A DNA stretch of 64,000 nucleotides from Sphagnum compactum. Taxonomy: Eukaryota. Shown here piece by piece: positions 52,707 to 64,000 of this stretch; the stretch's first letter is position 1; every line of letters begins with the position of its first letter. A program made the translations under genes and the position numbers. The notes under the pieces were generated by a model that was given only the letters and a program-made list of their open reading frames with translations, ran no database searches and was not told the DNA's origin. The stretch is from assembly GCA_965153455.1 (NCBI GenBank), contig OZ234493.1:12328213-12392212 (forward strand), written 5' to 3'.

Positions 52707-52786
52707 TACTGGAAAAGAAAAAAAACACACCCAACACGGTTCACCCTTTCCTTTTCTTTCCTTCTTTCTTTCTCGCAACAAATCAC

Positions 52787-52933
52787 AAGATTGTAATCAT
52801 GTTTGAATCAGTGGAATGGTAATCCTTGAAGGTGAAGAGTTGGATCCCCCAAAGCACTGTAGGTAGGAGCAAAAAGATTGCAATCATGTTTGAATGAGTG
52901 GAGTGGTAATCTCGGAAGAGAAGAGTTGGATCC
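52787..52933. repeat. Direct duplication (~60 bp, 87-bp period) just upstream of the FLN start
   Basis: AAGATTG(T/C)AATCATGTTTGAAT(C/G)AGTGGA(A/G)TGGTAATC...GAAGAGTTGGATCC at 52787 and 52874. Confidence 0.8.
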
Positions 52934-54649
52934 AAAACCTTGAAACTTGAACTCTGGTTCGGTATTAATTAATTCTCAAAAGAGAATGTTGAAAAAACAC
53001 GAAGGAAGTTTGTCTAAATTTTGGAGAACGTACATTAGCATTCAACGGGGGATGAAACTCAGAAACCCATCAATTTTTTGTGGTAAACTGAGTTTCATCC
53101 TGTCTTTCCTGTCTTTTCCTGAGCGCCTCTACTGCTGCTACATATATTTTCACTGCTCCTAACTATACAATTACTATAATTAGTCTCGAACCTTGTGCAT
53201 TAAATGCTGAGTATCAGCATTTCATACTGGGTTGCAACATTTCATACTGAGACTTATTAAAATGTCTCTACTTTGCAGATACCACTGAAAGAGGGGGTAT
53301 GGGGTGAAAGGAGGCCCAAAGACAGAGTGGAGGGTAACTTTACGGATAAGTCTGATAACATAAGCATTGATGCCTGACCCTTTTTGGAAAAAGAAATAAA
53401 TAGTTTGACAATTTTTGTCGATTGTGAGTAGTGGTGGGTAAAATAGTTGCAAATTGCAATCAAGAATTAGGATTTGCATTTTGATAAACAATTGGTAATT
53501 TTTGGAAGGTAAAAAGTTCATCAAAAATTTTGGATAATTGCAAATCACAAATAGAATTAGGGTTTTCTCTTCATATCATTCCTTGTGAGGAGGTCTTGAA
53601 ATCAGCTGCAACATTCCTAGTGATAAGATATGCTATACAATGATGCAAATGATTCCTAGGTTGCAACGTTCCTATTGATAAGATATGGTGTACAATGATG
53701 TGAATGACTCCTAGACTATGTTTATACAATGATGTGAATGATTCTTAGACTATGTTTGGCAATGTTGTTTTTTCATTCTGTTTTTGCTTGCCAAACTTTT
53801 GTTTTTCGAGGATTAAATCCAGAGTTTTTTTTCACAGATATGACATCAACCAAAACTATTCATGAGCATACCCTTGTAACAAGGGATGGTCGGCTTTAGC
53901 CACATAAACTAACAAGCTCTAGCAAGACTTGGAGCAATGATGGTAGCTTGTGAGTAGATGAATGTCAAGAGATGAACCTAAAGAGATTTTTTTGGAATAT
54001 TCATTCACATATATAAAATATTTCTGAAAATATTTTCCACATCAAAAGAATATAAGATGATGTGAACAAATATTTTGTCGTGTGGCAATGTTTTGAACAT
54101 GGATGAAACTTGGAATGGATGAAATATGGGATGGGTTGAAAATTTAAAATGGATGAAAGGTGATTTGTAATCATTAAGTACATAACACAAACCATCTTAC
54201 TTTCAAGATTTATTTCGGGTTGGATGCATTATATTTCAAAAATAAACAACATAAGTCAAATGATACCCTTGCACTTCACATTCATAAGCAAAACCAAACA
54301 ATAGAACAAAAGACAAATGTGAATAAATATATTGTAATGTCCATCTGCTAAAAGTAGAATAAGTTTTTACACACTTCCCCACATTTGTGGGTGAAAATAC
54401 AATGTTTGCATTGCTTCTAACATGGTCGGTGGACATCACCATCGACATCCAATCCAGTGTTGATCTAAGTGAAAGTTGTATCAATTCAAAATTGAAAGAA
54501 GTTAACACAATTATGTGTATGGGAATCCCTTTCTAATGTTGAAGGAAGAATTTTCAATTGTTTGTGAATTTAAAAACCTCTTCACCTTCCAAATGTAGTA
54601 TCATTGATATAAAAGAAAAGTTCATGGCATATTTTGTGACAACAACTAC

Positions 54650-56050
54650 CATTTGCAACGGGTTGCCAAAGGCACTAGAACTCTATGCAAACAAAGTTCA
54701 TTGTTATGTGGTCCTTGTCCATATATGGACCACCCCTCAAATACTCCTTGTACAAGGATATTTACCTAAAAGATCACACATAGTTATCAAAAGTGGCATT
54801 GTGTAAATAGGAACCCCTTTTCTTGAATTGTTGCAATGAAATGTTATAGACCATTTTTGACAAATTATAAGTCGACATGTCCACGAGAACTTCAATTTAA
54901 AACTTTTACAAGCATGTGAAATAAGATTAATAAATTACAGGTTAAATGAATTATGCATAATGAAATTCAAAACTTTGTGAGGAAAAAAATTACACATAAC
55001 ATGAAACCTCCCCATTATTTGAATGGAAGTGCCAAAAGTTCAACCATTTATTGAGGTCATGGATTGCACTCTCATTGGCAGGCCCAAGGAAAACCACCAA
55101 CACCAAATTGATTTGCAACATATTGAACATCAACCTATTGCATCAATGTGGCATTTTTATATTTGTAACACATCACATTCTGTTGGTCTTGGTACTCATG
55201 TGAGATCAACTATTTCATGTGTTCGTCAAATGACTAGGTCCAATGAAAGAAGCAAGTTTGTTCCTTGTTAACCATTTCCACATTGGGATCTCCAAACCTA
55301 CAAACAATTACAAAGACACTTCAATTTGCCTATGTAATATCTACCATGAATACTTTGAAATTGGTTTCAATGACTCCATATTTGAGCATTTGCCTATTGA
55401 CTCTTATCCATAAGACACATTGAACTTGTGTAGTTTTTATTATATGTTATAGACAATGATGGTCATCACTTTGCAGTAAACGAGGTTGCAAATGTGGCAC
55501 ACCATGGTGGTCCATTCTTCTACATGTTTAACATTATCAAACATCATCCATACATTTTGCAAGCTACATTAGCCTCACCAAATCCACAAAATTGGCAAGG
55601 CCATCAACGGACATTTTGAAAAAAACCCATTTTCTAACTAAATAGTTGTCTCATAAAACAATTATTTTGAGTATAATCATATCAACTCCTAAACTTTAAT
55701 AAAAGAATGTTATCAATGTAACTTGTGAAGTTATTAGGATTGTGCTTGAATGAAACTATGAAATTGCGAATGTTCGATGAACACAAGGGCATGAACTTGT
55801 CCATCACCTTTTCAAAGTTGTTCGCCCTTCAAAAGCTTGAGAGGATTATCTCCATCTTCATTGAACAAGTGTTGCAACAAAAATGTCTCATTAACAGGCA
55901 TAGCAACTCTAGAATTTTTATCTTCAAATGTGTGAGAAATCTCCCTTGCAACCAAAACCTTCATGCCTTCCATTGCTCCTTTACACATGCCATCTTGAAC
56001 AAATGAACATGCACGCCAAGATGAATGGTCATTTGCAAATCAATTGCTTG
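54650..56050 (-). pseudogene. Decayed MULE (Mutator-like) transposase
   Basis: Minus-strand fragments VWMMFDNVKHVEEWTTM (~55553-55500), CKVMTIIV, NFKVFMVDIT*AN* (~55365-55320) and KEQTCFFHWT*SFDEHMK (~55266-55213) match MULE core D...D...CxFH motifs. Boundaries approximate. Confidence 0.65.
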
Positions 56051-56301
56051 TTGCTTGCTAATCAATCTCGTGACAACTTTGTCCAAATGCAAATTTTCTC
56101 TACTTCGTCTTCTTCTGCTATAAAATTTCTGTTGTAGCAACAATTCTACAAAGATTCATTTGGCGTTGTAGTACACAAAAGAATCCAACTAGGTGGTACT
56201 CGAGATGTTTGTGTCTCTGTTTCTGAGATGTGGAATGGTAGTGACATGAGTGTAAAAAGAGAGCACAACTTCCAACTCTATCTATCTGCAGCGAACAGGA
56301 A

Positions 56302-56340
<39 letters not shown>

Positions 56341-57609
56341 GAAGTCTGTCGTCGCATTCTTGTTTTGCAAAATGCGGCGTGTGAATGACTGGAGCATTTC
56401 ATGGGCAGTTCCTGGAAAGCCAATAGATAGATTCAGCAAACCATTGCACAAAGGATCTACCACAAACTTTTACAGACAATAACACCTAATGTCATCCCTG
56501 ATGAGTTTCTCGGTGGATTTTGGGAAGGCTAGAGATATAATAACCATGTATTTGGTAATGATCACTACATTGGTACTTGTCTGCCACATGATTTCACTTG
56601 ACCTTGTTTCTTCTTCTTCTTCTTCTTCTTCTTCTTCTTTTCAGAACTCCAGATTGGTTCATATACATAAGGAATGTTGGATGGCATCAGTCTCAACTGA
56701 GTACTTGGCAACTCAACAATTTTCATTAGGTTATCCCCTGTATACGAAGAGCACAGTGTCTGACCATATAGCAAAGTGTCTGACATGCGTGGTGATGACC
56801 TATGAAGATTTGTGCTCTTTTTACCATTGTTTTGCCACCATCATGACGATTCTTGTCCTTTCTGTGAGAATCTTAACTACTACCTACTCCTGTCATTCAT
56901 TGTTCTCTTGTTGGGTAGTGGAAGTCAGTACCATTTTCTAGGTTCTGATAGCCTCATGTTCGAGGAGAAGCTAGTTGGAGAAAAGGTTGCCAAGCTTTAC
57001 ATCAAAAATGGACAATGTTGACACTATTTTGGGTGTGGGGGAGATCGAGGGGGAGTGATGCCTGCAGCTACTTCTAGAGCTTTAACTAACCCACTTCTGG
57101 GAGTTTAAAACCACAAATTGTGTGCATTTGGGGTTCAACAATGGTCTTAGGGTTTAGGGTTGAAGATCTCTCCTTGACTTTGGAAATCTTTGTGCCATCC
57201 CTAGGTTTGTGAAAATGGGTTATTGGGGGACCATTCCATCAGATTCCTTTGTTGTGTGAGTGAGCTAGATATTGCCAACTCCTCTCTATTTTTTTCTCGT
57301 TAACAAGACACAGTGAGGTGAGAAAGAGATGGCAGGTTTTGCAAAGTAATGGCTTCTTCTTCTGATAAAATCAGTGCAGGAAGTGCAATTGTTGTGTGCA
57401 GGGAGTAGCCTCTCTCTACAGCAGCACACAGGCATGTCATGGAGACACAAGATGGTCAGGATGTCACTTTTCTGTGTGCCATATCTTTGCAGCATGCCCA
57501 GTAAGTTTTGCAGCAAAACTTGGCTGCAATTCTTCCAAGAGTTCAAGGGATAGAAGCAAAGGCAACACCCAGAGATCATCAGGGTGGTTGTAAGCTTTCA
57601 TGTGTTTCC

Positions 57610-58533
57610 TGTAACACAATGATGTCTCTTTGACTGTCATGCTTCAAGGATTTGCCATGCATGGATGTGATCAGGAAGCTCTTGCACATTTTGAGCACGT
57701 GTGAAGAAGGTGTAGAGCTTGATACTGTAGCTTTTGTTTGTCTTCTTTTCTGCATGTAGCCATGCAGGCCTAATGTATGAAGGCCTGTGCTACTTTGAAG
57801 TCCATGCCTTCAGTTTACAGTATTGCTGCAACAGGGGAGCATTATGCCTGCGTGGTTGCTCTTCTTAGTTGTGTTGGGCATCTGTATAAGGCAGAAGATA
57901 TGATAAAGAATGTGTTATGGACCAAATGTAGCTGTGTGGAAGGCCTTGCTCAGTGCATGCATGTGGAGATGGGACAACACATTGTGCAGTGAAACAAGTT
58001 CTCCAATTGGAACGTGGAAATGCCTCTGACTCTGTGTTGCTAGCAAACATATATGCTGCTGCTGGCAAGTGGGATCTCAGTGCTAGTATTCAACAGCAGA
58101 GGACGGATGGTGGTGTGAAGAAACAGCTGGATTGCACCTGGATTGAGGTGAATAATGAGGTACATTGATTTGTGGTAGATGATCAAGACCATCCAGAAAT
58201 AGCTGAAATTTATGCAAAACTGAAGAGATTGTCTGGGGAGATGAAGAACGTGGGTTATGCACCAGATACAAAATTTGTGCTACGTGATGTAGATGAAGAA
58301 GAAAGGCAACTTCATTTATGTTACCATAGTGAGAACTGGCCATTGCATTTGGGCTTATCAGCATGCCTCCTGGTATTGTGCTCCACATTCTGAAAAATCT
58401 ACATGTATGTGGAGATTGCCACACCTCCATCAAGTTCATAGCAAAGATAGTTGGAAGATTAATCATAGTAAGAGGTGCCAATCGCTTCCATCACTTTGAG
58501 GATAGTGTTTGTTCCTGTAGAGATTACTGGTGA
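57610..58533 (+). pseudogene. DYW-type PLS-PPR (organellar RNA-editing factor) pseudogene, 5'-truncated
   Basis: VSLTVMLQGFAMHG..EAL, ACSHAGL, EHYACVVALL...[87 protein letters not shown] (TGA 58531-58533). Several frameshifts and an internal stop. Confidence 0.92.
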
Positions 58534-59209
58534 TACCAGGCATTTCATGTTCTTCATGCATTTTGTGTTCTTTTGTTTGAAGCTAGACCTCGGAAGGAAA
58601 TTTTGGGAGGTGCATCCATAAAAGTTACATAGATGATGAAAATAGACTAATTGAAAATGCATTTTTGGGGAATTTTATTTGCAAGTTGATGGTTGTAAGT
58701 TGTACCAAAAGTTAGGGGAGTCAAATGTATTCCCAACACGAATGTAAGGGTTCAGATCATGGAGGAGCATGAAAACTTGAAACAAGAACTTGGAGAAGAT
58801 TAGACATGTATTATTTCAAGGCTACATAAAGATGATTTTGTTATTTATCTATTTTTGAAATGAAGCATTATCTCACCAAGATGAAGATTCATGGCTCGCA
58901 TGTGTGGAAATTTACTTAAGGAAAGAACCCGGAGAAATTTACTTTAATATTTGGAGGGCACCTTATGTTTGTGACTATACCTTAAACCCTGAACCCTAAA
59001 GTTCTTCTAATTGGGGGCAAACATGGTCAGTTTTGGAATAATAGGAAATGAAAATCATAATAAAGTACGAAAGATGTAAAAATGGAAATAACAAGATATG
59101 AAAATTAGCTTCATCCCCAATCTGGGCTTTGCATTGTTCTCATATGCCTGAAGTTTTCAATGCATGTAAAAGTGCTTGTGTGTTGATTTGTTTGGGCTTG
59201 TGTGTAAGA

Positions 59210-59395
59210 GAAAAATTCAAAGCTCCAAGCAACAATGGTGCAAGAGGAAAAGGAGAAAAAAACTCAAAGCTCCAAGCAACAATGGTGTGAGAGGAAAAAG
59301 AGAAAAATTCAAAGCTCCAAGCGACAATGGTGTGAGAGGAAGAAGAGAGAAAAAACTCAAAGCTCCAAGCGACAATGGTGCAAAAGGGAAAAGAG
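59210..59395. repeat. ~46-bp tandem repeat, 4 copies
   Basis: CAAAGCTCCAAGC(A/G)ACAATGGTG near 59218, 59265, 59310 and 59358. Confidence 0.85.
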
Positions 59396-60619
59396 AATTG
59401 TGTTATGAGAGTTTTATGAGAATGGAAGGATTTAAGCTTTATGAGAAATAATGAGCAAATTGTTCTAAGCATGTAGAATGATTGGTTTCCAGATAGTTGT
59501 GAGGGATTGTTTTATGAAAGTGGCAAGATTGTAAGCATAAGTAAGGAGTTCAAAGTTGTAGCAAGAGGACTTGTGAGGAAGGAGTGAGTGTGGCTAATAG
59601 TGCCTTGTCAATGCAAGTGACTAGTAGAATGGAGGATTCAACACAAAAAAAATTCAACATAAAAGTTGTGTGAAGTTCTCTATTTTGATTAGGATTTCAT
59701 TTGAACTTCCCAATCTCCAAACACCAATAGAAATGGTGTTAGTTGAAAGCTCTTGGGAAGGTGAGGAGATTTTTTTTAATTGACGATCTTTATACCCCCC
59801 ACATTTAGGAGACTTGCCTCTTAATGTTGTGGTCTACATCAATTCTATGTTTGAAATTTTTTAAGATTGTTCAAAAGTTGCTTGGACTTGTCCTAAAGTT
59901 GATTGCCACAAGGTCAACACAAGGTGATTTTCTTGCTCCTCCCTCATCGTAGGTATGTCCATCACAATCTTTAATTCATCAAATCCCAATATGTGAAAAG
60001 ATGCAAGGAGATGAAACTCACAATTATACCCACAAGCATGTTGTTGCCTCCTTTTTCCAATGGTCTAATAATATACAACATATTGCCACTCATGCCCATG
60101 ACCCCATCCATACTATGGTGTCTTTATCAAATAAGCAAAGTGTGGTTTAGGGAATGTAGGTGAGAGTGTGGTTTGGAATGCAAAGACATCATTAAAGTTG
60201 ATCATAGATCATGCCTTCAAATCTTAAAATAAATTGGTAGTGCAAGGTGGTCTATTCAAGCTAGCCTCAAGTTTGAAGTACATTGCTTGAAAGTATGTCT
60301 ACTACTTCCAAGTGACATAAACATCATTGCATATGACTCTGACACCAAATCTTACAAGGATTCTAACTTGATCTTGGAAATCCCTAGGTAGAATGGAACT
60401 TTATGGTAGGTAATTTTTGTATGGTGGAAATTCACTTTCTTTTATGTATAGCCTTAAATGTAGGCTCTATTGGTGGTTATTTATAAAAATATTCCTCTTA
60501 TGAACTTGATATGAAATGAATTGGCTTTGCAAAACTTGAAATGCATCAAATTATTAAGATTTTGTCCCTAGTGATGAAATTTGACCATTTTTAGACCTCA
60601 TTATGGTTACTTGAATTGA

Positions 60620-62420
60620 TTTGGAGGTTCAAACATTTAGGGTTTAGGTTCATGAATTGAAGTCCACCTCCATCATTTTGGATCAAGATTCATCAAGTGT
60701 AGGTTTGTTCTTAACATTTAGAGGATTCAAGTTTCAACAAATTCAACTCTAATTTATTAATTGTAGGTTTGGTCCCAACATTATAAAATATTGATTTAAT
60801 TCATCATTTGCAAGTTTGGTCACAACATCTCAATAGTTGTTTTAATGAATTGAGTTCTACACCAACATTTTGAAAGATTGTTTCACCAAGTGTAGGTTTA
60901 ATTCCACAATGAACATGACTATTTAGGGTAATTGATTAAGGTTCAACATTTTGGCAATTAAATTTCAATTTGGTTTCAACATTTAGGGTTTAAAGGTAAT
61001 GAATTAAGGTATGGATCCAACATTTCAAGTCTATTTGGGGACTATGTCATTGATTTTAGTTTGATTCCAACATTTTAGGGTTTAGGGCTTATGAATTGAA
61101 GTTTGGATCCAATAGTTTAAAATTGTTTCCAACATTTTCAAGTTTACTTGGACTGTTTCATTAAATTTCATCAAATGGGGGACCATTTCATTGATTCTAG
61201 TTTCGTTCCAACATTTTGGGTTTAGGGTGTATGAATTGAAGATTCATCAATTTAAGATTATTTCCATTTGAGGTCTACTTGGGGATTGTTTCATTGAATT
61301 CATCAAATGTGTAATTATTTCATTGAATTGTTATTTTGTTCCAACATTTAAGGTTTAAAGCTTATGAATTGAAGTTTGGATCCAACATTGCAAAACTATT
61401 CTCAACAATTCAAGTTTATATCCATCATTTGAAGTATACTTGGGGATCATTTCATTGTATTTCATCAAATGGGCAACTCTTTATTGAATTTCAATTTGGT
61501 TCCAACATTCAAAATTTAAGGCTTATGTATTAAGGTTTGGATCCAACATTTTTGAATTGTTGTCAACATTTCAAGTCTATATCCATCATTTGAGACATAC
61601 TTCAAGACTATTTCATCAAATTTCAAGTTGGTTCCAACATTTAGTGTTTGAAGCTTATGAATTGATGTTTGAATCCAACATTTTTGGATTGTTTCCAACA
61701 ATCTTTTTCAAGTCTATATCCATCATTTGAAGTGTATTTAGGGTCTATTTCATTGAATTTCAAATTGGTTCCAACATTTAGGGTTTAAATTGATTAAATA
61801 TGGATCTAATAATATGAAGATTGTTTCCATCATTTCAAATGCATTTCCATCATTTTATTTATACTTGGGGACAATTTCGTTGAATTTCATAAAACAACCA
61901 ACTATTATGAATTGAAGTTTACTTCCAGCATTTAGGATTTATGAATTAAGGTTTAGATCTAGCATTTCATGATTATTTTCAACATTTGAACTATATTTGG
62001 GGATTTTTTACATCAATATTTTCAATTTGGGGTTTTATTACAACATTTTGAAATTTAGTTCACACATTTGATGTAATTTTGGGGGATTACTTCTGATAAT
62101 TTCATCAATTTATTAACTAATTCTTACATTTTCTGGTTTGTTATCAAGATTTAAAGCTTAGGTTCATTGATTTGAGGTGTGTTTCCAACATCAAAAATAT
62201 TATTTCCAACATTTTAGCTGAACTTGGGGACTATTTTGATTTTGGTTTTTTATTTGGCAACTATTTCCAACATTTAAGGTGAATTTGGTGACTATTTCAT
62301 TAAAATTCATGAATTTGGCAATTGTTTGATTAGATTGAAGTTCACTTCCAACATTTACGTCACCTTTTCCAACATTTCACATCTATTTCATTGAATTTCA
62401 TGATTATTTCATTAAAAGTA
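60620..62420. repeat. Degenerate satellite with TCCAACATTT and TTTAGGG words
   Basis: Dozens of (T/A)TCCAACATTT, ATGAATTGAAG and TTTCATTGAATTTCA words with interspersed TTTAGGGTTT; irregular period. Confidence 0.75.
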
Positions 62421-64000
62421 GGTTTGTTTCAAGTTTTGAAAGTATGTTTAGTATGTTGTTCAAGTTAATAAACCGAAATTAACCCCATTTCAAGTGTTGC
62501 AAGTTTGTTCCTACTTAGTTCAAGTCTATATACCTATATTGATGATTCTTTCAAATCATCAAGTGATCATGAAGAGTCCCATGTGATTTTACAAGCATCT
62601 AGGTTTGATTCCAAAATGAAAAACATTGAGATGTCATCTAGTCAACCACTAGCAAAGGTCTCAAGGAAGGAGAAATGGTTCGAATTCTTATGGAATCACT
62701 CCATTTGAACATCAAGGCCACAAGTTATCACTTCAATTTTTCAAAATCCTCAAAAGACAAAAAAAAAAATGACATAGTTTATACTTAGCCTTGTGTGAAA
62801 GGTGGTATATGTAGGTTACAAAACAACTTATCCCAAATGCATCTTCTAGGAGGATATTTTAAAGGATCAACTTTGGGAAACTTTGAAAGAGGTGAAGATT
62901 GGGACAAGAAAGTTGTGTTGCATAGTGAAAACATCTTGACACAATTGAAGGTAACAAATGGACATGCCACCCAAAATGTTTTCAAAAGATGGTAAAGTGT
63001 GATTGATGGGACATCTACCCCCCCCTCCCCCCCCAATACCTAGGCCCCCTATTCTTCCTATGGTCTTTGAATTTATTAACATTTAATCTATCATTTAATT
63101 TGAGCCCTAACTTGACATGTACTTCAAATGGAAAAACACACAAAAAGGTGAAAATGTTGTAATCATAGTCTAGCAATCTTGCCACCATGGCATGGGAGAT
63201 GGTGATCAACATTGAATATTAAAAAATTTTAATCAAAGCAAGGATTGAGGTTAACATAAAGAAGAAGAGAATGGTGAGGCTTACTAATTTTATAATGATT
63301 AAAGACCTATGAGTTTTGACAAATGTAAAATTTAACACAAAGGTCAAGGATGTTTTAAACTTGTAGCTAGAAGTCCACTCATTGAACCATGATATGCAAG
63401 GATCTTTGTTTCAAGGCATGTGGATTTTGATGAAAGTTTCATCAATGAATTTGATACAACTTTAGACTCCAAAATGTGTTTATAAGGGTATTCCACTCCT
63501 TAGTAGTAGGCCATTGGATATTGTCACCTATAGCCTCATTAATGCAAGATGTAATGAAAATTGCATCATCACATATTGTATTTTTATTTTATTTACACAT
63601 GAATGTGTTGTACATGACTACGTTGTTATGTTTCATGTATATGATAAATTGGAGTAGTTGATATTATAGGTTCAACTTAATTAATTACCTTATACAATGT
63701 GAACTTTAACAGTGAATCACACATGGGCCTTGATGGGTTTAGGGGACCATTAATGGAGTTAACTTATCAAATTCTAATAGATTAAAGTTTGCTAAAACTT
63801 TGAACAAACTTAGAATTGATCACATTGGGAAGAGCACATCCCAAATACTCACCTCTCAATCAATTGATTACCTGACATTTGGTTCTAATTCATTTGTGTT
63901 GAATAGCTTGAATGTGGTAATGCCCATTACTACAACTATGTACATGATTTGATGTTGCTTGCGTGTTTTTTGAAACATTTCCTCATCACTACTTGATGAA

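Noticed and set aside
62500..64000. Possible TE coding relic at the window end
   Set aside because: No convincing catalytic or zinc-finger motif identified.

Overview
Eukaryotic, AT-rich land-plant nuclear DNA; the gene set and repeat style suggest a bryophyte such as a moss (inference, not verified). It holds three intact intron-containing genes: a 2-oxoglutarate/Fe(II) dioxygenase (24031-26290, +), a pyroglutamyl peptidase I (47130-49028, +) and, convergent with it, a plastid fructokinase-like FLN gene (50021-52706, -). There is also a frameshifted DYW-type PPR RNA-editing pseudogene (~57610-58533). The rest is mostly transposon relics: the right end of a CACTA element with a structured subterminal array, a solo LTR with a 5-bp TSD, decayed pogo, MULE and hAT transposases, MITE-like dispersed repeats and many minisatellites. 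Most notable: (i) a free-standing collinear homolog of almost the whole second intron of the dioxygenase, 10.6 kb upstream; (ii) a uORF-rich leader with a candidate spliced uORF ending 32 nt before the peptidase AUG; (iii) one ~330-bp repeat family that brackets the dioxygenase in inverted orientation and sits upstream of both plus-strand genes. No CRISPR, rRNA or tRNA was recognised. All alignments were done by eye.
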